Shown here: piece by piece, positions 1 to 12,592 of the stretch | Layout: every line of letters starts with the position of its first letter | Position numbering within the stretch: position 1 is the stretch's first letter | Notes under the pieces: generated by a model | The model's input: the letters and a program-made list of their open reading frames with translations, nothing else | What the model was told of the DNA's origin: nothing | Databases searched by the model: none | Made by a program: the position numbers and the translations under genes | From: Octopus vulgaris | Lineage: Eukaryota | Direction: 5' to 3' | Assembly (NCBI GenBank): GCA_951406725.2 | Contig: OX597835.1 | Span: 42,284,001 to 42,348,000, forward strand | DNA: 64,000 nucleotides

Positions 1-417
1 CTTAACTGGTACTTATTTTATTGACCCCAAAAATGATTAAACGCAAACTCAACCTCAACAGAATTTGAACTCAGAATGTAAAGATGGACAAAATGCTGCT
101 AAACATTTTGCCCAGAGCGGTAATCATTCTGCCAGCTCATTGCTTTAAATAGATTTAAAATTATGGATTTCAAATTTTGGCACCAGGCCAGCAATTCTGG
201 GGGAGGGGATAAATTGATTACATCAACCCCAGTGTTCAACTGGTACTTATTTTATCGATCCTGAAGGGAAGAAAATCAAAGTCAACTATGGCAAGATTTG
301 AACTCAGAACTTGAAGACAGATGAAATGCCGCTAAGCACCTTACCCAGTGTGTTAACGATTTTGTCTGATTGTCACTTAATTAATTTTATAATTATGAGC
401 AATACATTTATATATTA

Positions 418-559
418 TTTTATTTTACTTGTTTTACTCATTTGACTGCAGCCATGCTAGAGCACTGCCGAATTATTGGTCTCTATTGTCGAGCTGCTAA
501 GTTACGGGGGACATAAACACACCAACATCAGTTGTGAAGCAATGGTGGGGGGACAAACG

Positions 560-602
<43 letters not shown>

Positions 603-745
603 ACATAAACAACGGGTTTCTTTTAGTTTCCGTTTACCAAATCCACTCTCAAGGCTTTGGTCAGCCCAAGGCTATAGTAGAAGACACTTGTCCAAGGTGC
701 TACACGGTGGGACTGAACCCAGAACCATGTGGTTGGGAAGCAAAC
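418..745 (-). mobile_element. tRNA-derived SINE, family A, reverse copy
   Basis: Reverse complement of the 783..1152 element; many further copies in the window, e.g. near 3533, 16673, 37003, 49380, 53622, 54551 and 60106. Confidence 0.8.
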
Positions 746-782
746 TTATTATATATACATATATTTTTTTTTTCACATGCAC

Positions 783-1152
783 AGGAGTGGCTGTGTGGTA
801 AGTAGCTTGCATACCAACCACTTGGTACCAGGTTCAGTCCCACTGCGTGGCACCTTGGGCAAGTGTCTTCTACTATAGCCTCGGGCCGACCAAAGCCTTG
901 TAAGTGGATTTGGTAGATAGAAACTGAAAGAAGCCTTTCATATATGTGTGTGTGTATGTTAGTATTTGTCCACCCCACCATTGCTTGACAACTGATGCTG
1001 GTGTGTTTACATCCCCATAACTTAGTGGTTCGGTAAAAGAGACCGACAGAATAAGTACTAGGCTTACAAAGAATAAGTCCCAGGGTCGATTTATTCAACT
1101 AAAGGCAGTGCTCCAGCATAGCCACAGTCAAATGACTGAAACAAATAAAAGA
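783..1152 (+). mobile_element. tRNA-derived SINE, family A
   Basis: A-box-like TGGCTGTGTGG, B-box-like GGTTCAGTCC, central CCTTGGGCAAG motif and A-rich tail; highly repeated in the window. Confidence 0.8.
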
Positions 1153-1967
1153 ATACACACACGTATATACACAAGGATATCCAGTCGACTGGGAGTTCCA
1201 GTTTTGCTAGTTGGCTTACTTCACCACCTGAACAAGTCTTCCGGTAAAACTTGAATTTCCAGTCACCTTGATATTCTCAATAAATTTGGGTCTTCTCTCA
1301 GTAGAATCAAACCATAAATAAATGCATGTTATTTTTAAAAACTGCTTTAAAGATAAACATGCAGATATGTACATATATAATAGGTGGATAGATATTTGTT
1401 CATTTGTGTTGGTGCCATGAAAAGAGCAGTTGGTACACTTTGTAGAATTGAGCCGGGACAATGCTGGTCTGCTGTGGACAAGACAACTTCTTTAGTGCTG
1501 ATGCCACGTAAAAAAGAAAAAAGGCTACTGTACGCTCTGTAAAGTGGTTGGCATTAGGAAGGGCATCCAACCATAGAAACCATAACAAAACTGAAACATT
1601 GGAGCATGGTATGGTCCTCTGACTTGTCAGATTCTGCCAAATTGTTCAACTCGTGATAGTATGGAAAACAGAGATAAAATCATGATGGTGATGATGATGA
1701 TCACATCTCAGACATTTAACCAGCTTCAGTTAATATAGTTCTTCTGCCTAATTACGAAGTTGACATCAGTTCCACTCAGTACCCCACACTCCACGCTTCT
1801 TGGACCTATTTCTACTCTAAATCTGGCAATATTCCTTGATTTATTTCCTATTTTTTAAAATTTTCATTTTATTTTTTATTTTTACATCTGTTAATTATAA
1901 TCGAACTTTGAATATTCTTCAGAACTTCTTTTGTTCTTTTAATTCCATGTTCTTCTTTGTCTCTTAG

Positions 1968-2177
1968 GTTACTCAGAAGATCATTGAGGATCACAAGCCA
2001 TTTGTTGAAGACTTGAAGGATACAGGAATGGAACTAATGGAATTCTGTGGAGACGATGATTCTGATGACCTCCAAAATAAGTTGCTAAGCATTATTACAA
2101 AATACGACAATTTGAAGTTACAAGCTCGACAAAAAGCCCAGAAACTTATGGAACAACGAAAAGCCATGACACAAGAG
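1968..2177 (+). CDS. MACF1: Spectraplakin (MACF1/dystonin/Shot-like) exon 1 in window, spectrin repeat
   Basis: Acceptor ctcttAG|GTT, donor GAG|GTAAGC; 210 nt, phase 0-0; VTQKIIEDHKPFVEDLKDTGMELMEFC...QRKAMTQE, a helical spectrin-repeat pattern. Confidence 0.9.
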
Positions 2178-4069
2178 GTAAGCAGGGCACCAGTGTCATA
2201 ATTAACAGTCATTACCATAATCAAGAGTGTCGTTTCCATGGTTAAAGGTGCCACTGCCATAATTAAACCATTTCAATTAATCAACATTGCATTGCTGGTT
2301 TTTGTTTTTGTTGTAAATCTTTTATTTAAATTTCTCATTGTGAAAGAAATAGCTTTCAGTTGTATTTGGAATTTTATTGAGTCTAAAATGGGGTGTGGTT
2401 GTGAACTGGGTGCTGAGTAGAGACCCTGGTATATTAAATGTATTGAATCATGCATAGTGCCACCCTCTCCTGAATAGAGATGGAGGAAGTATTCTGTGAT
2501 TTACGCACAAGAGACTCTCTTGTCACTTTGACAACCGAGGGTTTAGGAAGACAACTGCATGACATCCGTAGTTCAGTGTTTTGTTGTTGTCCGCTGCACT
2601 TACAAAGAAACTGTGATAATGTTGGTGTGGTGGTTTCTTGACCATCCTCCATGATGACAATCCTTATGATGGTGGCCATGGTTTGTGCAGTGCCAGTGCC
2701 ACTCTCTTGGCATTCAAACTTGCAATGGTTTGGTGCAACAAGTGCAGAAAGCCTAACAGTGGCCAGGAGGCAGGATTTATATGGTGATATCTTCTCTTGG
2801 ATAAGCAGCTAAAGAGCTGAAGGGCCTCATCTGCCGTGGGTCCATTGGTGTGTCTAATTGAACCATAGCTGCAACTCTCACAGGTGCTACTGTTTTGGAT
2901 CTGGGTAGACTCAGGAGAAATAATCACTAAGAGATGATTCCACACTCTTCAAAATCCCAGAACTCTTAATCTAGGGCTCTACTACCAGATGCAGTTTAAA
3001 ATCGAATCCACAACAAGCTGCAATATAAAAGAACCTAATTAACTAATTGACAATGAGAACATATTTCTAAGGTATTGTTTTTAGCCCTGGGTCGACCCTT
3101 ATTATGAAGACTTATGATCAGAGAAGTTCTAGTAATGAACATCCTGTCTGTTTTTTAGGGGTATCTAGACTGCTTTCTTACATGTTCTCCTTTCTGCTAA
3201 TTTTATTAACAATACATAATTTGACCCAAGCCATTAATAGAAGTCACTTACCCAAGGTGCTCCACAGAGAATTGAACCTGGAACCTTCATCATTTAGTGT
3301 CTGTTTTCCATACAGGCATGGGTTTAGACAGTTTGATTAGAACTGGTAAGCTGGAGAGCTGCCCCAGGTTCCAGTCTGATTTGGTTTGGTTTCTATGGCT
3401 GGATACCCTCAAAACAAACTCCTTAACAAAATTGCCATCACACACCTGACCCCATTTCACTCATTTTAATCTTCCTACCTTTAAATATACTTTCACATCA
3501 TTAACTCTCAGGTGTGGCAATACTTGCAAACATGGTTGTGTGGTAAGGAGTTTGCTGCCCAATTCTATGATTTCAAGTTTGGTCCCACTGCATGGCACCA
3601 TGGGCAAGTATCTTCTACAATAGCCCTGGGCTGACCAAAGCCTTGTGAGTGGATTTGATAGGCAAAAACTGAAACAAGCCCATTGTTTACTTATATAGTG
3701 TTTGTGTGTGTTACAAATGTTGTGATATCTGTCTTGGTGTCCTACAATATCCTTATTTTATTGTATGTATTACATATGTTGATATCCTCAATTCATGATT
3801 ATATTTAGTTATCAAATGGCAGAATGTTATACACACACATGCACACATATATGCATGCATTTATATATATATATATACACACACACACAAAATTTAGAGG
3901 ATTGACCACTAAAAGTAGACAGCCCGTATACTAGAAATAGATGTCAAAATTGCCATTTTCCAAGGAGAATGTGTTCTCAAGAAAAAAATTCAGCAAAAAA
4001 CCAAAGCGTAAAAATAAGACAAATGAAAATATACAAAGTATTTTTATATTTTTCTTTCTTTCTTTTTAG

Positions 4070-4189
4070 GTTTCTGATACTCTCGAAAACCTTCTTGAAG
4101 ATTTAGCTGAAATGGACCAGACCATCAATAATGTTGACCCAATTCCAGCAACTCCAGACAAATTATATGAAGAAATCGAAGACAATAAA
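4070..4189 (+). CDS. MACF1: Spectraplakin exon 2
   Basis: tctttttAG|GTT ... AAA|GTAAGT; 120 nt, phase 0-0; VSDTLENLLEDLAEMDQTINNVDPIPATPDKLYEEIEDNK (absent from the ORF track). Confidence 0.9.
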
Positions 4190-4394
4190 GTAAGTTGTTA
4201 TTATTATTATTATTAGACTTTGTTTTATTTGTGAAACATAACATTTTAAGTGATTTTGTATTAAATTCATTATGAAATGTCATTAGCTTTACAGCAGTGC
4301 CCCCAGCATGGCCACAACTCTCTGGCCAAAGTTAGTAAAAGCATACAAGGCTGGTACTGGACTGTAGAAAATATATTTCCTTGTGAGGTTTTTT

Positions 4395-4439
<45 letters not shown>

Positions 4440-4626
4440 TTTCCCTTGACCTTCTTTGGAGCAAGGTGAGGAGGGGTTTCCACTGCATGGATTGTCTTTT
4501 TTCTCTGGCTCAAAGGGATGAACCCAGCACTCGTGAGTCTGTGAAAATCAGAGAAATGAGTTACTTGACTCATAAGTTATGACTTATTCAAGCAATATAA
4601 AAATACATTTGGTTCATATTACTCAT

Positions 4627-5270
4627 GTCATGAGTCAGTGCTGTATTGTTTGAGTCATGAGCTGGCGCTGTATTGTTTGAGTCATGAGCTGGCGCTGTAT
4701 TATTTGAGTCATGAGCCGGCGCTGTAATTGTTTGAGTCATGAGCCGACACTGTATTGTTTGAGTCACGAGTCGGTGCTGTATTATTTGAGCCACGAGTCG
4801 GCGCTGTGTTGTTCGAGTCATGAGTCGGAGCTGTGTTGCTTGAGCCACGAGTCGGCGCTGTGCTGCTTGAACCACGGGTCTGCGCTGTGCTGCTTGAGCC
4901 ACGGGTCAGCGCTGTGTTGCTTGAGCCACGGGTCGGCACTGTGTTGCTTGAGCCACGGGTCGGCGCTGTGTTGCTTGAGCCACGGGTCGGCGCTGTGTTG
5001 CTTGAGCCACGGGTCGGCACTGTGTTGCTTGAGCCACGGGTCGGCGCTGTGTTGCTTGAGCCACGGGTCGGCGCTGTGTTGCTTGAGCCACGGGTCGGCG
5101 CTGTGTTGCTTGAGCCACGGGTCGGCACTGTGTTGCTTGAGCCACGGGTCGGCGCTGTGTTGCTTGAGCCACGGGTCAGCGCTGTGTTGCTTGAGCCACG
5201 GGTCGGCGCTGTGTTGCTTGAGCCACGGGTCGGCGCTGTGAGGCTTGAGTCACGGGTCGGTGCTGTATTG
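4627..5270. repeat. 27-bp minisatellite (CTGTGTTGCTTGAGCCACGGGTCGGCG), about 24 copies
   Basis: Visible tandem array; explains the 9-aa periodic ORFs in several frames. Confidence 0.95.
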
Positions 5271-5335
5271 TCTTATGCCTTCAGTCATTGCCAGGCAATT
5301 CCTCTAAACTCTCCCTTCTGTCTTTCTCTCTCCAG

Positions 5336-5435
5336 ATGATCATGGAACGTCTACAAAAACACCAATCTAATGTCGAAAATGCCCAACAGTCTGTCGTCCG
5401 ACTAATCAACCAAGGAGTGGAAGACCAAGCAGAAA
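5336..5435 (+). CDS. MACF1: Spectraplakin exon 3
   Basis: tctctccAG|ATG ... GAAA|GTAAGG; 100 nt, phase 0-1; MIMERLQKHQSNVENAQQSVVRLINQGVEDQAE. Confidence 0.88.
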
Positions 5436-5943
5436 GTAAGGACACTTTGGTTGTTGGTTTGAATGCAGAAATTGACTCTCCCTTGCCACATGTGATATCA
5501 ACATGTAGCAGTAACCAGAAATCTCATTAATGTAGAAAGTTCAGAGGAAATAATTATATAATGCTACCACATGAAGCCATTACAATATGGTGTTAACATG
5601 TTGTAATGAGTTCTTGCGGTGGTATTAATAATAACTTCCTGTTAATGCAGGAATTTAATCTGTTGCTACATGTTCATTTACATGTGCCTGCATCTGTAAA
5701 TGATTTTGTAGATTGTAGGAATTGAACAATCTGTTGGTCACATGTGGTGTTTATGATGTTGGTATCATGTCATACATTCTACCATGTTGTGTCTCCATTT
5801 CTCTGATTTTCACAGATTTTTTTTTATATATTTTCTATAGATGTAGGTGTAACTGTAGCAGGAATTTTGCTTCCCAACCATGTGGTCTTGGGTTCAGTAC
5901 CACTGTGTGTCATCTTGGGCCAACACTGGATAAGCAGTGATGG

Positions 5944-5980
<37 letters not shown>

Positions 5981-6187
5981 TTCTTTCAGTTTCCGTTTGC
6001 CAAATCCACTTATAGAACTTTGGTCGGCTAGACCCTATAGTAGAATACACTTGCCCAAGGTGCCACGCAGTGGGACGGAACCTGGGACCATGTGGTTGGG
6101 AAGCAATAGTTTTAATTTCTCTCAGTTGAAATAGAAATTCCCAAATTCCATCACTGAATTTTACTGTTTTTCTTTTTCTTTGTTTAG

Positions 6188-6420
6188 TTGAAGAAATGAA
6201 TGCCAAAGTTGGTGAAATAGTAAGACTGGCACAAAGTGTGTCTTCCGCGGCACTGGAACGAGACCGACAGCTAAACCAAGTGGTTCAGGTGTCCTCCAAG
6301 TTCTACGATAAGTGCAACGAGGTGAAGACAACGATAAAAGACCTGCGAGACAATCTATATTCTCAAGAGCCACCTGGAATTGATCCCCCGACCATAAAAG
6401 AACAACAGAAGGAATTACTG
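6188..6420 (+). CDS. MACF1: Spectraplakin exon 4
   Basis: tgtttAG|TT ... CTG|GTATGT; 233 nt, phase 1-0; EEMNAKVGEIV...SSKFYDKCNEVKTTIKDLRDNLYSQEPPGIDPPTIKEQQKELL. The EPPGIDP motif resembles spectraplakin spectrin-repeat loops. Confidence 0.92.
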
Positions 6421-6574
6421 GTATGTTTTGATATATAAACCTTTTTCTTCCTCATATTCATCCCCTTGGCCCAATCCCCATCTTTAACCATCTCTCGCTC
6501 TCCCATACATCCTTACAGCTTCTACCCATCCACATTCTCCTGTCCCCACCGCACCTTGTACTCACCTTGTATTT

Positions 6575-6863
6575 TGAGGGTCCACTTTGATACCTCATCT
6601 CCTCTATTTTTATCTCTTTCCAGTTTCACCCTGGTCATTCACCCATCCTGGGGGTCCACTTTGACACCTCATCTCCCCTATTTTTATCTCTTTCCAGTTT
6701 CACCCTGGTCATTCACCCATCCTGAGGGTCCACTTTGACACCTCATCTCCCCTATTTTTATCTCTTTCCAGTTTCACCCTGGTCATTCACCCATCCTGGG
6801 GGTCCACTTTGACACCTCATCTCCCCTATTTTTATCTCTTTCCAGTTTCACCCTGGTCATTCA
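6575..6863. repeat. 74-bp tandem repeat, about 4 copies
   Basis: TCCACTTTGA recurs at 6581, 6655, 6729 and 6803. Confidence 0.92.
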
Positions 6864-6937
6864 GCCACCCTCTCTTCTATAATGTTGCTTCTCTACAGCA
6901 ACATACCTCTTCTATTCTGGCCCCTTTTCTCACCCCT

Positions 6938-7238
6938 TTAACCCTTTAGCATGCAAGTTACCCTGTCAAATGTAATCTTTATATATTGACATTGTTTTGA
7001 GTTAGTCTCATAGCTTTGAGATTTCGATGATGTGATGGTTGATTTTTAGAATGGCATTGTAAGGTTCGTGTGAATTAATCATGCATCATCTCAGAGCTTT
7101 GAGATTTCAAAGATGCTATTGTCTGTTTTTAGAATGACATTGTAAGATAGGTGTAAGAGGCCAGATCTGGCTGGTTTGAACATGAAACGGATAAAATATT
7201 TCAGCCAAATATGATTGGTTTAAATGCTAAAGAGTTAA
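6938..7238. mobile_element. TTAA-flanked MITE (piggyBac-type ends)
   Basis: TTAA-CCCTTTAGCAT ... ATGCTAAAGAG-TTAA; related copies near 7810-8260, 22990-23200, 28068-28280 and 38990-39175. Confidence 0.65.
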
Positions 7239-7489
7239 CCCCCATCATCTCCTAACATATAGTCGCCTCCCTCCCAGCTGTAACCTCACCCAGTCTAAAA
7301 GGACCTTATTCTTGAAAGCAGCATGGTGACCCCTCCAGTGTTGGTGCCATGAAAAAAAAATCACTAAGTTTTTCTCATCCAAGGGTTATTTTAATCTAAT
7401 CTTATTAAAAGTTATTGCCTGTAGCTACATTCACATTTGGGGTAGATTGGATGACTTGTAAATGTATATCTTTTGTTTCCTGTCCTCAG

Positions 7490-7714
7490 GACATTCGTCA
7501 GACCCAAGAAAATACTGTGATACAGACTGCAGAATGCCGGAAAGTTGGCAGCAAGTTGTCGTCGATGTGTGGAGATCCTGGTAAAATTGAAGTCCAGAAA
7601 CAGTTGGAAGACATTGATAATGTGGCCGAAGACTTGAATGATGTCGCTTATGAACGGGAAGAAGAACTGAATGCTGCTCTTGGTTACGCACAGAAATTTC
7701 AAGTAACAATTGAT
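7490..7714 (+). CDS. MACF1: Spectraplakin exon 5
   Basis: tcctcAG|GAC ... GAT|GTAAGT; 225 nt; DIRQTQENTV...CGDPGKIEVQKQLEDID...EREEELNAALGYAQKFQVTID. Confidence 0.92.
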
Positions 7715-8572
7715 GTAAGTAGGGCAAGAATTTTTATGTTGTTTAATCCCAGGTTAGTCCTGACCCAGCAGACCTGTAATGCTACAGGTATGACATTTTT
7801 CTGCTTTATTTAACCATAAAGCATTCAGATTATTCTGTCAGAATTAAATAATTATTTATTTACATTGTTTTGAATTAACCATTATCTTGTAGCTTTGCAA
7901 TTTCAATGTTGTGATTGCCTCTTTGTAGAATGACATTGTAGGGTAAGTGTGAGAGGCTGAATCTGGCTGGTTTGAATGAAAAGCAAGTAAATATTAGGAC
8001 TTGAGATGGCTGATTTAACCCTTTAACTTAATCATGCATCATCTCGTAGCTTTGAGATTTCAATGATGTGATTATTTGTAAAATGACATTGTAGGGTAAG
8101 TGTGAGAGGCTGGATCTGGCCAGTTTTCATATTAAACAGGTAGAATATCTGGGCTGGATATGGCATTCAGATTCCTCTGCCAAATATAATGCTTATTTAT
8201 TCACATTGTTTTGAACTGACAGAATATTTGGATATAGCTGGTTCAAATACTAAAGGGTGACGACATTAAGCCACAATATATATTCCAGCTAGTAGCTAAT
8301 ATATATATTCCAGTTAGAAGAATATTTATATGTTGTAGTTTGTAGCCAAGAGTAACAACACCAGTTTCTCTCTTTTTCACCATTCTTCTTGAACAAAGGT
8401 CAATTGCCTATGACATATGTTCCTCTCCTGTCTACTTGGACAAAGGTCAACTGACCATTATGTTGGATTCTTCATTCATTCTCACAACAATGGAACTCTT
8501 TAAGAATCTCTTCAGTGGATTATCGTTGCTGGTATTGGACACCTGTTTTCCCACCACGTTCTGGATTTTACC

Positions 8573-8574
<2 letters not shown>

Positions 8575-8616
<42 letters not shown>

Positions 8617-8748
8617 TATATATATATACACACACACATATATATATACACACACACATATATATACACACACTCACACATATACACACACACACACACA
8701 CATATATATGCACACACTCACACACACATATATATGCACACACTCACA

Positions 8749-8787
<39 letters not shown>

Positions 8788-8790
8788 GTA
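8575..8790. repeat. Compound (TA)n/(CA)n microsatellite
   Basis: Direct reading; similar tracts at about 36220-36600, 56750-57040 and 59005-59525. Confidence 0.95.
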
Positions 8791-9293
8791 TGTATATTTT
8801 TGAACACAAGTGTTTGTGTATTTTTTTATACATGTTTGTGTGTGTATTTGTTTATATCTGTTTGTGTGTGTCTGTTTATGTCTGATTGTGTGTTTTTATT
8901 TGTTTGTGTGTTTACAGGTTTGTGATTTCTATGCATGTCTCTGTGTTTGTATGTATAACCACAGAGTTGTGTGTGTGTGTATATTCATTCAATTTTTCTC
9001 AACCAATCAATGGACCAATTGAGTAAATCTGTCAGTAACGAACCTATAATGATAACTGGAAACAGCTGTAAGCCAAATTTACTGCAAGAATAAATATGCA
9101 ATGACCATTATTTGTACCTTGTCATATGATATATGTATTTGTGTCTGCGAGTGTGTTTCTGTCTCTGTGTGTGTATTGCTTATTTGTGGGCCACCCGAAA
9201 CCAGCTAGAGGTTTATAAAGGAAAAAAAAAAGTGCTCAATACATTATAAATGTAGAGTCAACATCTTTTCTTAAAAAAAAAAAACACGCACAC

Positions 9294-9334
<41 letters not shown>

Positions 9335-9751
9335 ACAAAATGGGACAAGGACGCAAAGCATTCAAATAGATGATACAAAAAACGGACGGGTCATTCGAAG
9401 CCTCTAATCTTCAGTCAAGAACCGGATCATCCTCGCAATTTCGGCTGATTAATCTTGAGATTGCTCTGATCTGGCCAGCCCCAAGGCAAAACTAAGCTAC
9501 GAGCATTAGATTTCTTGGAAAAAGGATCGAATGTATACGAAACAGGGACAGAAAGACGGACGCCACTACACGAATATAAATACAAAAAGCAAAAAATAAT
9601 ATGAATATAAATACAAAAAACAATGATGATAATAATATGAGAGAGAGAGAGAGTGAGAGGTTAAGTTGAAAGTAACATTGAAATGAATTGAAATAAATAA
9701 ATACAATTCCATTGTTAAATATAATTTCACTGATAAAAATTTTATTTTCAG

Positions 9752-9853
9752 GCTATCAGAAGCTGGCTTCCAGTATCACAAAAGAAACTTTCCGTCATGA
9801 AAGTTCCATCGACAGATAAGGCTGCATTAAGGAGCCAAATTGAAGAACTTAAG
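9752..9853 (+). CDS. MACF1: Spectraplakin exon 6
   Basis: attttcAG|GCT ... AAG|GTAAGC; 102 nt; AIRSWLPVSQKKLSVMKVPSTDKAALRSQIEELK, with the helix-A WL motif. Confidence 0.9.
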
Positions 9854-10056
9854 GTAAGCAAAATGCTGCAGTGTGTTTAATACCCGCACACATACACAGG
9901 GTCGTAGTAGCCATGGTGTACTTATCCATCCATCTTTTCAAGCTTCATGTTGCCAAACAGCAGATGGCTCTGCCATAGGAATCATAAGACAAACAAACAA
10001 ATAAATGACAACGCTTGCAATCTCCTATATATATGTGTATATATATATATGTGTGT

Positions 10057-10352
10057 GGAGGCGCAATGGCCCAGTGGTTAGGGCAGCGGACTCGCGGTCA
10101 TAGGATTGCGGTTTCGATTCCCAGACCGGGTGTTGTGAGTGTTTATTGAGTGAAAACACCGAAAGCTCCGCGAGGCTCCGGCAGGGGGTGGTGGCGATCC
10201 CTGCTGTAGTCTTTCGCCACAACTTTCTCTCACTCTTTCTTCTGTTGGCCTGCTCGCTTAGCCAGTGGGGTGGCGTCATTTGAAGGCTAAAACAATGCGA
10301 AGCGCATTGTGACCAGCGATGTGTAACAACATCTGATAGCCTGGTCGGTCAC
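10057..10352 (+). mobile_element. tRNA-derived SINE, family C
   Basis: tRNA-like head with A box TGGCCCAGTGG and B box GTTTCGATTCC; related heads at 18533, 23945 and 63505; flanked by (TA)n. Confidence 0.8.
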
Positions 10353-10353
10353 G

Positions 10354-10395
<42 letters not shown>

Positions 10396-11840
10396 CTGTT
10401 GTATAACGATCCATTGGCATGTACATCCGAACGTGGGGTGTAACTGGCCCACTTATGAGTACTTTTCATTCGTTGGACAATGAACTTTGCTTGCGAAGAC
10501 CTATTGAGGCAAGTGTAAACAAACCAAAATCGCTGACGTGGCCATGACAGTACTGCCTGATTGGCACTTGTGCCAGTGGAATGTTAAAAGCACATCCGAG
10601 TGCAATCGTTGCCAGGGCAGCGGATTGGCTCTCATGCCAGTGACATGTGAAAAGCACCATTCAAGCATGATCGTTGCCAGCATCACCTTACTGGCACATG
10701 TGCCAGTGGCACGTGAAGAACAACTTCTGAACGTGGTCGTTGCTAGTGCCGCCAGACTAGCTCCCGTGCAGGTAGCACATAAAAGCACCTTTTGAGCGTG
10801 GTCGTTGCCAGACCCACCTGACTGGCCCATGTGCCGGTGGCATGTAAAAGCATCCAGTGCACTTTTGGAGTGGTTGGCATTAGGAAGGGCATCCAGCTTT
10901 AGAAACTTTGCCAGATCAAATTGAGCCTAGTGAGGCCTCTGGCTCACCAGTCCTCCAAGCAATCTTTCAAGCTCTATTTATCTGTTGTTGCTTTTTAAAA
11001 TCTATATAAATGCAGAAAGAGAGCCTGAAAGATTGCTTGGTGATACATATGGCACATTTCATGAAGATGCCTGGTTAAGGTATTATAAAAGCACAAAAAT
11101 ATTAGTAGCTCTTCTGCATGTGTATTAATTCGTTATTTATTTCTCACTCAATGGGAAATCATTGTTTGCTGATATTACCTGTTTTGGATCCATCCAGCTA
11201 TACACATACACACACAAAGTATGGGGGTTTAGTTCACAGGTGATCTAAACAATTAGGTACGCTAGGTAAGTGGTGTAACAGATTTCTGGGGCTCCATGGT
11301 TATAACCGATTATGGTAGTTACGGAGCCATTGCAGATTATTTCCGATGCAGCGGATATATAATTGTTAAAGAGGACATCAAACATTAAGGCAAGGCAAAC
11401 ATCTAAAGTCATATACAATATTATTATAGGATAATATTGTATAGGACTTGAGATGTTTGCCTAGCCTTAATGTTTGATGTCCTGTTTAACATTTACATAT
11501 ATATATGTCTGTATGTCTTTCTATATATATATATAACGGGAAGCTTTATGAAAATAAACAAAAGACGAAGGCAGGTTTACGGAAATAAACAAAAGATGAA
11601 GGCAGGTGGAATACAAACAAGCAATTGTATTAGTATGGCACTCAGGAATATAAATAAAACAAGTCTTTTACATTTCGAGCCTACGCTCGAAAGATACACA
11701 GAGAAGAAACACAGAAAGAAGGAGAGAAAAAAAATGCGTGCAGAGGCTAGCGAATCAACATAGATTAATAAATTGATAATTGTACATGCATGCTCATATG
11801 TTGATATTTTCTAGAAATTTCTGTCAATCTATTCTTTCAG

Positions 11841-12008
11841 CTCTTCAAGATGCAGACTCACCCCCATGTAGCTGATGTGGATATCCTTAATCAACACATG
11901 ACTGCACTGAATGACCTTTCACCTGTAGCAGCAGAATACCTCGTGAAGCCTGTCAGTGACATTAACGAACAATGGAACGAACTAATTAAAGGAATTGCTG
12001 ATCGAGAG
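11841..12008 (+). CDS. MACF1: Spectraplakin exon 7
   Basis: ttctttcAG|CTC ... GAG|GTGGGT; 168 nt; LFKMQTHPHVADVDILNQ...INEQWNELIKGIADRE. Confidence 0.9.
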
Positions 12009-12365
12009 GTGGGTAACCGTATCCTTATTGTTTATAAATCCACTGATTAATTAATTCCACCATCCAAGAATTAGAGTTCGTTAAGCCATTGAGTTTCAGG
12101 GGCGAACCATTGGAAACTTTATCATCATTTAGTGTATCTTGAGAAAGTCTGTGTAGTGGAGTTCATTCCTCTCCAGCAGCAGAATTTAGACTGAGCACTA
12201 CAGGATAACAAGACCCCACCCAACCCCGCCTGTCAGTTTTCACTGTATTGCCATGGTGTGGAGCCACAAATTGTTCTTAAATCTGTAATTCTATTAAAAT
12301 ATAAACTTTATCATTAAGTCTGTCATGTAAGAATGAAGCTATCTGATTAATTTAGAAGTTTACAA

Positions 12366-12592
12366 AGGCAGCGAGCTGGCAGAATTGTTAGCACGCCGGG
12401 CGAAATGCGTAGCTGTGTTTCGTCTGCCGTTACGTTGTGAGTTCAAATTCCGCCGAGGTCGACTTTGACTTTCATCCTTTCGGGGTTGATAAATTAAGTA
12501 CCAGTTACGCACTGGGTCGATGTAATTGACTTAATCCGTTCGTCTGTCCTTGTTTGTCCTCTCTGTGTTTACCCCCTTGTGGGCAATAGAGA
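12366..12592 (+). mobile_element. SINE, family B (Nin-domain-like)
   Basis: GAGCTGGCAGAA head, B-box-like GAGTTCAAATTCC, and central CTTTCATCCTTTCGGGGTTGATAAATTAAGTACC; copies near 1-370 (reverse), 19283, 35492, 40037 and 53093. Confidence 0.7.

Noticed and set aside
4588-5339. Long periodic ORFs in several frames (e.g. SALCCLSHG, APTRGSSNT)
   Set aside because: Translations of the 27-bp minisatellite; no splice signals link them to the gene.
5841-5846. Possible 6-nt microexon (tttctatAG|ATGTAG|GTGTAA)
   Set aside because: The donor is weak and the sequence is the start of a family-A SINE head.
8436-9022. YIYIHTHT-type ORFs here and near 36200, 56700 and 59000
   Set aside because: Translations of (TA)n/(CA)n microsatellites.
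9335-9560. Hammerhead-like fragments in a repeat also seen at about 32900-33020
   Set aside because: The core boxes are incomplete and the stems do not close; too degenerate to call a ribozyme.
10057-10135. tRNA gene-like sequence
   Set aside because: It is the head of a SINE: it continues into a repeat body and has diverged copies elsewhere in the window.
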